A stretch of 64,000 nt of DNA from Candidatus Rokuibacteriota bacterium (GTDB lineage Bacteria > Methylomirabilota > Methylomirabilia > Rokubacteriales > CSP1-6), in contig QHRW01000112.1 of NCBI GenBank assembly GCA_003220265.1, positions 8,814-72,813 of the forward strand, in the 5' to 3' direction. How positions within the stretch are numbered: position 1 is the first letter of the stretch; every line of letters begins with the position of its first letter. The translations under genes were made by a program, and so were the position numbers. Of this stretch, positions 1 through 8,931 are shown in pieces. The notes beneath the pieces were generated by a model. It saw nothing but the letters and a program-made list of their open reading frames with translations. It ran no database searches and had not been told where the DNA came from.

Positions 1-37
1 CCGCCTCGGGCAGTGAGCGGCCGTCAACGACAACGCG

Positions 38-397
38 TCAGCTGCTCTTGGCCTTCAGGAGTTGCTCGGCGCACGCGTTCGCCAGGCCGGAGTTCGGCGT
101 CTTGTCGCCGACCGGCGTGGCCCAGCCGCCCGCCTCGACGAATTCCCGCTGCTTCCAGGAATCGATCGTCTGCAGCTCCTTCAGCTTGTTGGCGGCCTGC
201 GGCTGCTGCATGAACTTCGACACGCAGGACGGCGTGAGCGCGGTGACCACGGCCGAGTCGGCGCGCGTGGCGGCCGCCCGCTCCGCGGTGGCTCCGAGCA
301 CCCATCCCATCCATCCAAAACCGACGATCATCGTCGCCACCGAACCGAGCACTGCGCCCCACGCCGCCGGCTTGATCCACGGTGCTGTCAGCTGCAT
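38..397 (-). CDS. Hypothetical membrane-anchored protein (N-terminal TM helix, two Cys)
   Basis: 119-aa ORF with AGGAGG RBS, hydrophobic N-terminus (AAWGAVLGSVATMIVGFGWMGW) and natural composition. Confidence 0.8.
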   Translation of the reverse strand: MQLTAPWIKPAAWGAVLGSVATMIVGFGWMGWVLGATAERAAATRADSAVVTALTPSCVSKFMQQPQAANKLKELQTIDSWKQREFVEAGGWATPVGDKTPNSGLANACAEQLLKAKSS

Positions 398-449
398 ACG
401 GGAACCTCCTTGTTCCGGGGAAGGTCAGTCTCCCCCGGTGCCACGTCGA

Positions 450-644
450 TCAGCGGCGCGCGGGCCAGGCCGGACGCGGCCGATCGCGATCGGTGTTCTG
501 CTGAAGACGCTCGCTCCCGGCCGCCACGGCCTGCGCGATCGTCGCGAAGGTCGCCTGCGATTCCTCGACCGTTTCGCCGCTGTACCCCACGATGCGCCAT
601 CGCCATTCCACCCCGGCCCGCGTCGAGAAGGCCAGGACGTTCAT
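450..644 (-). CDS. Small YegP/DUF1508-like protein (64 aa)
   Basis: ATG at 644 with AAGGAG RBS, overlapping the desaturase stop; WRWRIV-x2-GE-x3-ES motif; paralogue of 1821-2048. Confidence 0.7.
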   Translation of the reverse strand: MNVLAFSTRAGVEWRWRIVGYSGETVEESQATFATIAQAVAAGSERLQQNTDRDRPRPAWPARR

Positions 645-1384
645 GGTGTGCTCCTTGGCGCCGGCGCCATCGGCGCCCCCTGGATGGTGACCAGACGCAC
701 CGCCGCCAGCAGCCAGATGACCGGCCACGAGGGATCGAACTCCGAGCGCCGCGCGCTGAACTTGGCCGAGCGCGGATGCGCGTGGTGGTTGTTGTGGAGG
801 CTCTCGCCGCCGGTGATCCAGGCCAGCACGCGCGAGTTGAACGCCGTGTTGTCGAAGTTCTTGCCGCCGCGCCGGTGACCGACGGCGTTGATGAGCGGGG
901 CCAGCACGAACACGTAGAGCACGGCATGGGTGAGGCCGGCGATGAGACCGGGCCAGAACCCGATGAGGGCGCACAGCATGCCGAGCCCGATGACGAGGCC
1001 GAGCACGCCGTGGGAGAAGATCGCGCGGTCCAGACGATCGGGCCGGACGTCGGGGGCGAACGTCTCCAGCGTCTGGGGGTTGCGCGCCTCGCGCGCGTAG
1101 TACACGACGTTGAAGAGCTGGACCTTCCAGAAGCCGAGCATGCGCGGACTGTGGGGGTCGCCTTCGCGATCGGTGAAGGTGTGGTGCTTGCGATGCACCG
1201 CCACCCACTCCTGCCGGGATTGGCCGGTCGTCAGCCACAGGACGACCCGGAACCCGAGCTCGGCCAGCGGGTGCACGTGCAGCGAGCGGTGGGCCAGGGC
1301 GCGGTGCAGGTAGATTGACGTCGCCAGGACCGCGACCTCGGTGAGCGCGATGGCGACCACGGGAACAACCCAGACAGGGTTCAT
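641..1384 (-). CDS. Fatty acid (acyl-CoA delta-9-type) desaturase
   Basis: Three His boxes (HRALAH, HRKHH, HNNHH), TM segments, GAAGGAG RBS before ATG 1384. Confidence 0.92.
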   Translation of the reverse strand: MNPVWVVPVVAIALTEVAVLATSIYLHRALAHRSLHVHPLAELGFRVVLWLTTGQSRQEWVAVHRKHHTFTDREGDPHSPRMLGFWKVQLFNVVYYAREARNPQTLETFAPDVRPDRLDRAIFSHGVLGLVIGLGMLCALIGFWPGLIAGLTHAVLYVFVLAPLINAVGHRRGGKNFDNTAFNSRVLAWITGGESLHNNHHAHPRSAKFSARRSEFDPSWPVIWLLAAVRLVTIQGAPMAPAPRSTP

Positions 1385-1397
1385 GCTGCGGACTCCT

Positions 1398-1691
1398 TCA
1401 TGGTGATCTCCGCCGCGGCGCCACCATCCGGCCCCGTCGGGCCTTGACGGTGACGGGCTGGCGTCGCGCCTCACTCCGGATGCGCCGGATCGTCTCGGCC
1501 TGCCGGCTGATGTTGGCGAAGAGCCCATTATCGCCCGGCCGCTTCAGCCCCTCTTCGATGAGCGCACGGAACACGATCTGCAGGCTCACCGGCAGCCGGA
1601 TGGACGTCGTCGCCCGGCCGGCCAGGCTGCGGGCGCGGTCGGCGAGATCTCTCGGCAGCACGATGAGCACGCGCGTCTCGTTCTCGAACAT
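1398..1691 (-). CDS. Putative ribbon-helix-helix-like DNA-binding protein
   Basis: TRVLIVLPRDLADRARSLA...SLQIVFRALIEEGL resembles a beta-alpha-alpha RHH pattern; basic tail; first gene of the operon. Confidence 0.55.
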   Translation of the reverse strand: MFENETRVLIVLPRDLADRARSLAGRATTSIRLPVSLQIVFRALIEEGLKRPGDNGLFANISRQAETIRRIRSEARRQPVTVKARRGRMVAPRRRSP

Positions 1692-1710
1692 GCAGGGCCG
1701 CCTCCGCGAC

Positions 1711-1745
1711 ACATTATATAACATATATGAAACATATAAATTACT
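1711..1745. promoter_or_regulatory. AT-rich divergent promoter/operator with ACAT(T)ATA repeats
   Basis: ACATTATA at 1711 and ACATATA at 1721 and 1732; perfect TATAAT on the minus strand at 1713-1718. Confidence 0.65.
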
Positions 1746-1820
1746 TCCTCACCGGCCCGGCGATTCTGGTACCGTAGACCACCCGGACGAGCGACCCTGT
1801 CCCGCCAAAAGGATGGAGAG

Positions 1821-2048
1821 ATGCAGGTCACCGCATTCAACACGCCGAAGGACCCCTCATGGCGGTGGCGCATCGTCAACTATGCGGGCGAGGTCATCGC
1901 CGAATCGCCCGACCGGTTCTCGTCGATCGCGGCCGCCCTCGCCGACGGAGCCAAGAAGCTCGTGGCCATGAACGTCGTCGACCACTCCCAGCCGGTCAAC
2001 TGGCGGCGCTGGACCTCTCACCTGCGAGGGCGCAGCTCCACGTCCTGA
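1821..2048 (+). CDS. Small YegP/DUF1508-like protein (75 aa)
   Basis: GGAGAG RBS; WRWRIVNYAGEVIAES motif; paralogue of 450-644. Confidence 0.75.
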   Translation: MQVTAFNTPKDPSWRWRIVNYAGEVIAESPDRFSSIAAALADGAKKLVAMNVVDHSQPVNWRRWTSHLRGRSSTS

Positions 2049-2067
2049 CGCGCCTACAATGTCCGGT

Positions 2068-2808
2068 ATGCCGGTCAGCGTCCGCTTCGTCGGCTCCGGG
2101 GATTCATTCGGCAGCGGCGGACGCTTCCAGACGTGCATCCTCGTGGACGGGCCGCGCTCGCGGGTGGCGCTCGACTTCGGAACCTCGTCGCTGATCGCGC
2201 TGGCCCAGCAGGGGATCGAGCCCAACTCGATCGACGCGGTGCTGCTCACGCACCTGCACGGCGATCACTGCGGCGGCGTGCCGTTCCTGCTCATCGACGC
2301 CATGCTGGCCGCCCGCCGCACGCGGCCGCTCATCGTCGCGGGGCCGCACGACCTCGAGCGCCGCATGGGCGAGATCCGCGAGGCGCTCTTTCCCGGCTCG
2401 CACGTGATGACGCCGAAGTTTCCGCTGCGGTGGCTCGAGCTCGAGCCGGGAACGCCGCGCGACATCCTCGACCTTGTCGTCACCGCGCAGCCGGCGCGGC
2501 ACACGGCGGAGACGAACCCCACCGCGCTGCGGGTGGAGCTCGACGGCAAGGTCGTCGCCTACACCGGCGACACCGAGTGGACCGACGACGTCGCGCTGGT
2601 GGCGCGCGGCGCCGACCTGCTGATCGCCGAGTGCTACTACTACGAGAAGCCGATCAAGTGGCACCTGAATTACCCGGCGATCGCCGCGCACCGCGCGGAC
2701 TTCGGCGCCCGGCGCGTCATTCTCACGCACATGAGCCGGGAGATGCTGGCCCACACGGGCGACGTCCCCGAGGAATGCGCGCACGACGGCCTGGTGGTGA
2801 CCCTCTAG
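2068..2808 (+). CDS. MBL-fold metallo-hydrolase (RNase Z/BN-like)
   Basis: THLHGDH motif, GSGDSF N-terminus, YTGDT, ILTH; TACAAT 7 nt before ATG 2068 (alternative start 2059). Confidence 0.9.
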   Translation: MPVSVRFVGSGDSFGSGGRFQTCILVDGPRSRVALDFGTSSLIALAQQGIEPNSIDAVLLTHLHGDHCGGVPFLLIDAMLAARRTRPLIVAGPHDLERRMGEIREALFPGSHVMTPKFPLRWLELEPGTPRDILDLVVTAQPARHTAETNPTALRVELDGKVVAYTGDTEWTDDVALVARGADLLIAECYYYEKPIKWHLNYPAIAAHRADFGARRVILTHMSREMLAHTGDVPEECAHDGLVVTL

Positions 2809-2847
2809 CCCGCATTGCCTGGCCGGCGGGTTGCACGACGGTGCAGC

Positions 2848-4455
2848 GTGAGCCCGCGCGCCCGGTCCGATCGACCCCGGCCGATGCTGCCCACGCGGCG
2901 GCCGGCCCCGCTCGACAGCGACGAATGGCTCTACGAACCCGCGTACGGCGGCGTTCGCGTCATCGTCGACGTGACGCCGGGCGCCGGGCCCGGCCACGTC
3001 CGCATCCGCGCGGCGGGCGGGCGTGACGTCACCGCCACGCATCTCGCCGTCGTCGAGGCCTTGGCCACGCTCACGCGCCGGCTGAAGGCGCCCGTGCGGC
3101 TGGATGGCGAGCTCGTCGGCGACGCCCTCGTCGCCTTCGACGTGCTCGCCGACGGCCCGCTCGACGTACGCCCGCTGCCGCTCGTGGCCCGGCGCGCGCG
3201 GCTGGAGCGCATCCTCACCAACGTCGTGTCGCCCGCGCTGCGGCTCAGCGAGACGTCGCCCGGCGACGGCCGCGCGCTGTACCGTCGCGCGGCGGAGCGC
3301 GGCGTGACTGCGATCCTCGCCAAGCGGGCGGACTCGCCATACCACGGCGGCCGGAGCGGCGACTGGCGCGTGATCGCGGTCACCCGCCGCCGGCGGCCCG
3401 CCGCCGCGCCGCGTGCGCGTCGCTCGAACGCCTCCTGGGCGCGCGCCACCCACGACGGCGCGCTGCCTCGAGATCCCGAGCGCCGGCGCATCGTCGAGGC
3501 GCTCGTCGAGATCGAGGCCCGCGGCGGCCACGGCGCGCTCGACCTGGGCGAGGGGCGCGTGCTCGACGTCACGCACCTGGCCCGCGTGTTCTGGCCCGCG
3601 GTGGGCGTCACCAAGGGCGAGCTCATGCGCTACTACACGCGCGTGGCGCCGTGGCTGCTGCCGGCGGTGGCCGATCGCCCGCTCGTGATGCAGCGCTTCC
3701 CGCAGGGCGTCGGGCGCCCGGCCTTCTTCCAGCAGCACGCGCCGCCGGCGGCGCCGCCGTGGGTGCGCGTGGAAACGCTGCCGAGCGATCGCGTGGTGCC
3801 GAGCCGGCTCGTCGGCGGCCCGCTCCCCACGCTGCTCTACATGGCGCAGATCGGCGTCATCGCCCAGGACCCGTGGTTCTCGCGGGTGGCGTCGCCCGAC
3901 ACGCCCGATCATGCCGTGCTCGATCTCGATCCGATGCCGGGCGTGCGCTTCGGGCGCGTCGTGGACGTGGCGCGCTGGATCGGCGAGGCGCTGGAGCGGC
4001 TCGGCGCGCCCAGCGTGATCAAGACCTCGGGCGCGACGGGCCTGCACGTCTACGTGCCGCTGGCGCCCGGCACCTCTTACACGAGCGCGCGGCTCTTCTG
4101 CCAGCTCGTGGCCACGCTCGTCAGCGCTCGCCATCCGGACGTGGCCACCAGCGAGCGCGCCGTCGATCGCCGGGGCCGCCGCGTGTACGTGGACTTCTTG
4201 CAAAACTCGCGCGGCAAGACGCTGGCCACGGTCTACAGCGCCCGTGCCAGCGCGTGGGCCGGCGTCTCCACGCCGCTCGCGTGGGACGAGGTGACGCCGG
4301 CGCTCGACGCGCGCGACTTCACGCTGCGCACGATCGACGCGCGGCTGGCCCGCATGGGCGACCTCTGGGCGCGCCTGCGCGCGGCGCGGCGATTCGACCT
4401 CGAAACGGTGGCACCGGGGTTGCTCGATGCCAGGCGTCTGAAGTCATCGGCGTGA
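2848..4455 (+). CDS. LigD-like fusion: degenerate ATP-dependent ligase domain + AEP primase-polymerase (PolDom)
   Basis: Ligase remnants WLYEPAYGG, LDGELV, AFDVL, AKRADSPY; PolDom motifs TKGEL, RFP, DLDP, KTSG-x2-GLHV, YVDFLQN; start uncertain. Confidence 0.85.
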   Translation: MSPRARSDRPRPMLPTRRPAPLDSDEWLYEPAYGGVRVIVDVTPGAGPGHVRIRAAGGRDVTATHLAVVEALATLTRRLKAPVRLDGELVGDALVAFDVLADGPLDVRPLPLVARRARLERILTNVVSPALRLSETSPGDGRALYRRAAERGVTAILAKRADSPYHGGRSGDWRVIAVTRRRRPAAAPRARRSNASWARATHDGALPRDPERRRIVEALVEIEARGGHGALDLGEGRVLDVTHLARVFWPAVGVTKGELMRYYTRVAPWLLPAVADRPLVMQRFPQGVGRPAFFQQHAPPAAPPWVRVETLPSDRVVPSRLVGGPLPTLLYMAQIGVIAQDPWFSRVASPDTPDHAVLDLDPMPGVRFGRVVDVARWIGEALERLGAPSVIKTSGATGLHVYVPLAPGTSYTSARLFCQLVATLVSARHPDVATSERAVDRRGRRVYVDFLQNSRGKTLATVYSARASAWAGVSTPLAWDEVTPALDARDFTLRTIDARLARMGDLWARLRAARRFDLETVAPGLLDARRLKSSA

Positions 4456-4468
4456 GGGACGCACCACC

Positions 4469-5620
4469 ATGAAGGCACTGGCGTACCAGGGACCAAAGCA
4501 TGTCGAGGTCGTCACCAAGCCCGATCCCCGGATCGAGCACCCCGGCGATGCGATCGTGCGCGTGACGCGCGCGGCGATCTGCGGCTCCGACCTCCACCTC
4601 TATCACGGCCTCGTGCCCGACACCCGCGTCGGCCACACGTTCGGCCACGAGGTCACCGGCGTGGTGCAGGAGGTCGGACGCGCGGTGACGACGCTGCGGC
4701 CCGGCGATCGCGTCGTCGTCCCGTTCAACATCTCGTGCGGGAGCTGCTTCTTCTGCGAGCGCGGGCTGACCGCGAGCTGCGATCGCACGAATCCCAACAG
4801 CCAGATCGTCGGCGGCGTGTACGGCTACTCGCACCTGACCGGCGGCTACGACGGCGGCCAGGCCGAGTACCTGCGCGTGCCGTTCGCCGACGCGGGGCCG
4901 TTCAAGATCCCCGACGACATGGACGACGACTCGGTCCTGTTCCTCAGCGACATCCTGCCCACGGGCTACCAGGCCGCCGAGATGGGCGAGATCAAGGCCA
5001 ACGAGATCGTCGCCGTCTTCGGCTGCGGCCCGGTCGGCCTCTTCGCCGCCAAGTCGGCGTGGCTGATGGGCGCCGGGCGCGTCATCGCGATCGACTCGGT
5101 GGACTACCGCCTGCAGTTCGCGCGGCGCTTCGCCCGGGTGGAGACCGTGGACTACACGCAGGTGGACGACGTCGTCGCGCACCTGCGCGAGATGACCGAC
5201 GGGCGTGGCCCCGACGTCTGCATCGACGCCGTCGGCCTCGAGGCGAGCGGCTCGCTCATGCACAAGGCGCTGGGCGTGACGATGCTGCAGGCCGGCGCCG
5301 CCAACGTGCTCCAGTGGGCGATCGGCGCCGTGCGCAAGGCCGGCAACGTCTCGATCATCGGCGTGTACGGCCCGCCGTGGAACCTGGTGCCGATCGGCGT
5401 GGCGATGAACAAGGGCCTCACGCTGCGCGGCGCGCAGTGCAGCGTCCGGCGCTACATGCCGCACCTGCTCGAGCACATCCGCGCGGGCCGCATCGACGCC
5501 AAGGCCGTCATCTCGCACCGGCTGCCGCTCGACGACGCGGCCAAGGGCTATCACATGTTCGCGAACAAGCAGGACGACTGCCTCAAGTGTGTCCTGCTGC
5601 CGAATGGAGGCGCCGCATGA
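4469..5620 (+). CDS. Zn-dependent alcohol/formaldehyde dehydrogenase family
   Basis: ICGSDLH, GHE, CxxCxxC-x7-C structural Zn site, GCGPVG NAD-binding motif. Confidence 0.93.
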   Translation: MKALAYQGPKHVEVVTKPDPRIEHPGDAIVRVTRAAICGSDLHLYHGLVPDTRVGHTFGHEVTGVVQEVGRAVTTLRPGDRVVVPFNISCGSCFFCERGLTASCDRTNPNSQIVGGVYGYSHLTGGYDGGQAEYLRVPFADAGPFKIPDDMDDDSVLFLSDILPTGYQAAEMGEIKANEIVAVFGCGPVGLFAAKSAWLMGAGRVIAIDSVDYRLQFARRFARVETVDYTQVDDVVAHLREMTDGRGPDVCIDAVGLEASGSLMHKALGVTMLQAGAANVLQWAIGAVRKAGNVSIIGVYGPPWNLVPIGVAMNKGLTLRGAQCSVRRYMPHLLEHIRAGRIDAKAVISHRLPLDDAAKGYHMFANKQDDCLKCVLLPNGGAA

Positions 5621-5997
5621 GTCCCGATCCCGCGAGCGGCATCGACCAGGATCCGGCCCGGCGGCCGGGCGTCCCGGCCGAGAAGCCACCCCACAGCCAG
5701 CCGCACGCACGCAACGTGGCGCAGGTGCGCCAGGACGGGCGCCCGACGGACGCCGGCCAGGCACGGACTCCGGTCTTCGGCACCGCCCAGCCGCCCCGCG
5801 GCCTCAGCGGACGGCTGCGCTCCGCGGCGTACGCGATTCCCGAGCACTATGCGCGCCACTGGCTGCTGCTGATCCTCGCCGACCGGGTGGACGTGCTGGA
5901 ACACCGCGTCCGCCGGCGGCCGGGGATGGCGGTGGCCGCGGGCGCCGGCGCCCTGCTGGGTGCGGTGGCCCTGGCCCGCGCGCTCGGTCGCCGTTAG
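5617..5997 (+). CDS. Hypothetical protein with C-terminal TM helix
   Basis: ATGA overlap, GGAGG RBS; TPVFGTAQPPRGLSG...HWLLLILADRVDVLE block. Confidence 0.75.
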   Translation: MSPDPASGIDQDPARRPGVPAEKPPHSQPHARNVAQVRQDGRPTDAGQARTPVFGTAQPPRGLSGRLRSAAYAIPEHYARHWLLLILADRVDVLEHRVRRRPGMAVAAGAGALLGAVALARALGRR

Positions 5998-6056
5998 CCG
6001 GTTCGAAACAAAGCCGATTCGAAACGGTTGACCGGGCGCGCGGCTTGGGCCAGTCT
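5996..6056 (+). promoter_or_regulatory. Direct repeat AGCCG(G/A)TTCGAAAC x2 followed by TTGACC-N17-CAGTCT putative promoter
   Basis: Repeats at 5996-6009 and 6012-6025; -35 at 6028; -10-like at 6051. Confidence 0.4.
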
Positions 6057-6063
6057 GGAGCCC

Positions 6064-6441
6064 GTGACGCGAGCCGCCGCTGCTGCCGCCGCCGTGCTGG
6101 CTACCCTTCTCGCCGTCGCCGCGGCATCCGCGCAGGCGGTCGATCCCCGTGTGGCGGAGGCGCTGCGCGTCGAGTGGGAGCGCGTCTCCGATCGACCCGG
6201 AATCGAGGGCTACGTCTACAACGACTCGGCCTACCGCATCGGGCTCGTGCGGCTGGCGATCCTCGGCCGCGACGATCCCGCGCAGGCGCCGACCACCACG
6301 CACGCCTGGGTCTACGGCAACGTCCCCGCGCGCGGCCGCTGGTACTTCCGCGTGCGCATGCCGGGCACGCGGGAAGTCGTCAACGTGTCGATCGAGTCCT
6401 TCGCCGTCATCGCGCGCGAGCCCACTGCCGAGACTCCGTGA
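6064..6441 (+). CDS. Small secreted beta-rich hypothetical protein
   Basis: Signal peptide ending ASA-QA; IEGYVYNDS...YGNVPARGRWYFRV. Confidence 0.7.
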   Translation: MTRAAAAAAAVLATLLAVAAASAQAVDPRVAEALRVEWERVSDRPGIEGYVYNDSAYRIGLVRLAILGRDDPAQAPTTTHAWVYGNVPARGRWYFRVRMPGTREVVNVSIESFAVIAREPTAETP

Positions 6442-8336
6442 CGCCGGCGCCGGCCGCCGCCGCCGAGCCCCTGCCGATCGAGGGCTTTCGCGGCACGCCC
6501 GAGGAGATCGAGCGCCAGTGGCTGGAGCAGGTCTATCGCGGGCGCGGCGACCGGATGCGCCAGCTCACGTGGCGCGCCGTGCTGATGGGCTCGGTGCTGG
6601 GCGGGCTGCTCGCGCTCACCAACCTCTACATCGGGCTCAAGGCCGGCTGGGGCTTCGGCGTCGCCATCACCGCCTGCATCCTCTCCTATGCGATCTGGAC
6701 CGCGCTGCACCGTCTCGGGCTGGCCCGCACGCCGATGACGATCCTCGAGAACAACTGCATGCAGTCGACCGCGAGCTCGGCCGGCTACTCGACGGGCGGC
6801 ACGCTCGTCTCGGCGTTCGCGGCCTGGATGCTGATCAACGGCGCCGCCATGCCGCTGGGCGAGATGCTGGCGTGGGTCTTCCTGCTCGCCGTCCTCGGCG
6901 TGACGATGGCCATTCCCATGAAGCGCCAGATGATCAACGTCGAGCAGCTGCGCTTCCCGAGCGGGATCGCGGCGGCCGAGACGCTGCGCGCGCTGCACGC
7001 CACGGGCGGCGCCGGCCTGCGCTCGGCGCGCGCGCTCGGCTGGGCCGGGCTCATCGCGCTCGTCACGAAGTTCTGGGCCGAGGGACTCACCCTCGTGAGC
7101 GGCGCGCTGGCGCCGCTGATGATCGGCACGTGGATCGCCGCCTTCAACCAGCGCGTGCTGGGGCCCGCCTGGACCGGGCGCACCGTGATGCTGTCGTGGG
7201 AGCCGATGTTCATCGCGGCGGGCGCCATCACGGGCCTGCGCGTGTGCGCCAGCATGCTGCTGGGCAGCATCACGTGCTGGATGGTCTTCGTGCCGTGGCT
7301 CCAGCATCGCGGCGTGATCCAGGGCAGCGGCTACGGCGCGCTGGTGCAGTGGACGCTGTGGGGCGGCGTGGCGTGCATGGTGAGCGGGAGCCTGCTCGCC
7401 TTCGCGCTGCAGTGGCGGACCGCGCTGCGCGCCGTGACGGACGTGACCGCGATGCTGCGCGGCCGCCGCCGGGACGACGATCCGGTGGCCGCGCTGGAGG
7501 CGCCCGCCGCGTGGTTCCTGGCCGGCCAGCTCGGCGCCTTCCTCGGGCTCGCGTGGCTCGGTCACCGCGCCTTCGCCATGCCCTACTGGCAGACCGCCCT
7601 CGCGGTCGTGCTCTCCTTCGCGCTCGCGCTGGTCGCCTGCCGTGTCACCGGCGAGACCGACACCACGCCCGTCGGCGCCATGGGCAAGATCACCCAGCTC
7701 ACGTTCGGCGCGGTCAGCCCCGGCCACGTCAACGTCAACCTGATGAGCGCCAACGTGACGGCCGCGGCCGCCGCCGGCAGCGCCGACCTGCTCACCGATC
7801 TCAAGAGCGGCTACCTGCTCGGCGCGCATCCGCGCAAGCAGTTCCTCGCCCAGTTCGCCGGCATCTTCGTGGGCACGCTGGTGAGCGTGCTGGCCTTCCG
7901 CCTGCTCGTCCCCACCGCCGCCATGCTGGGCTCCGACCAGTTCCCGGCGCCCGCGGCCCAGACGTGGCGCGCCGTGGCGCTGGCGCTGTCGCACGGCATC
8001 GGCGATCTCGGCGCGGTGAAGATCTGGTCGATCGCGGTCGGCGGCGCCGTCGGCGTGATCCTCACGCTGCTGCCGCGGCTGTTTCCCGCGCGCCAGCACC
8101 TGGTGCCCTCGGCCGCGGGCCTCGGCCTGGCGTGGACGTTCCACTGGTACTACGGCGTGCTGTTCTTCACGGGCGCCCTGCTCGGCTGGTGGCTGCAGCG
8201 CCGGCACCCCGCGTGGGCGGCGGAGTACACGTTTCCGGTGGCGTCGGGCTGGATCGCGGGCGAAAGTCTCATGGGCGTCGCGCTCGTGATGGCCGAGCAC
8301 GGGCCGGCCCTGCTGCGCACGCTGCTCGGCCGTTGA
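6438..8336 (+). CDS. OPT-family oligopeptide transporter
   Basis: LTWRAVLMG, NLYIGLKAG, ENNCMQS, LRFPSG, DLKSGYLLGA motifs; many TMs; GTGA overlap. Confidence 0.93.
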   Translation: MTPAPAAAAEPLPIEGFRGTPEEIERQWLEQVYRGRGDRMRQLTWRAVLMGSVLGGLLALTNLYIGLKAGWGFGVAITACILSYAIWTALHRLGLARTPMTILENNCMQSTASSAGYSTGGTLVSAFAAWMLINGAAMPLGEMLAWVFLLAVLGVTMAIPMKRQMINVEQLRFPSGIAAAETLRALHATGGAGLRSARALGWAGLIALVTKFWAEGLTLVSGALAPLMIGTWIAAFNQRVLGPAWTGRTVMLSWEPMFIAAGAITGLRVCASMLLGSITCWMVFVPWLQHRGVIQGSGYGALVQWTLWGGVACMVSGSLLAFALQWRTALRAVTDVTAMLRGRRRDDDPVAALEAPAAWFLAGQLGAFLGLAWLGHRAFAMPYWQTALAVVLSFALALVACRVTGETDTTPVGAMGKITQLTFGAVSPGHVNVNLMSANVTAAAAAGSADLLTDLKSGYLLGAHPRKQFLAQFAGIFVGTLVSVLAFRLLVPTAAMLGSDQFPAPAAQTWRAVALALSHGIGDLGAVKIWSIAVGGAVGVILTLLPRLFPARQHLVPSAAGLGLAWTFHWYYGVLFFTGALLGWWLQRRHPAWAAEYTFPVASGWIAGESLMGVALVMAEHGPALLRTLLGR

Positions 8337-8380
8337 CGGCTCGCGAGGGCGATTCCACTCACGGAGAGGGGAGAGGCGAG

Positions 8381-8773
8381 ATGGCGAAGCTCGAGAAGTA
8401 CGGCGCGCCCGGGGTGTACGACCCGCCCGGCTACAGCCAGGCCATCAAGGTCACGGATGCCCGGACGATCCTGTTCCTGGCCGGCCAGGTGGCCTACACG
8501 CGCGACGGCGGCGCCGCGCATCCGGGGGACTTCACCGCGCAGGCGCGCCAGGTCTTCGGCGCCGTCAAGGCGCTGGTCGAGGCCGGGGGCGGCACGCTGG
8601 CCAACGTCGTGAAGATCACGACGTACGTCACCGACGTCGGCAACCGGCCGGCGTTCCGGACCGTTCGGGACGAGTTCTTCGGCCCGCGGGGCCCGGCGTC
8701 CACGATGATCGAGGTCAGCAAGCTGGCGCATCCCGACTACCTGATCGAGGTGGAAGCGATCGCGATCGTGTGA
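8381..8773 (+). CDS. RidA/YjgF-family protein
   Basis: YSQAI, LAGQV, NVVKITTYV, PASTMIEV, LIEVEAIA. Confidence 0.93.
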   Translation: MAKLEKYGAPGVYDPPGYSQAIKVTDARTILFLAGQVAYTRDGGAAHPGDFTAQARQVFGAVKALVEAGGGTLANVVKITTYVTDVGNRPAFRTVRDEFFGPRGPASTMIEVSKLAHPDYLIEVEAIAIV

Positions 8774-8931
8774 GCGGCCGCGGGCCGGTGGGTAAAAGTT
8801 TTCCCACCGGCCCGCGTTCGTACCTTGTCGCTTCGCGACGAGATTGTTACCCTGCAGCGTGGCGCGGATGGTCCTCGGCGCGCCGCGAGCCCGCCGGCCG
8901 GGCCCGCAATCACCAGCGGAGATCCCCAGGC

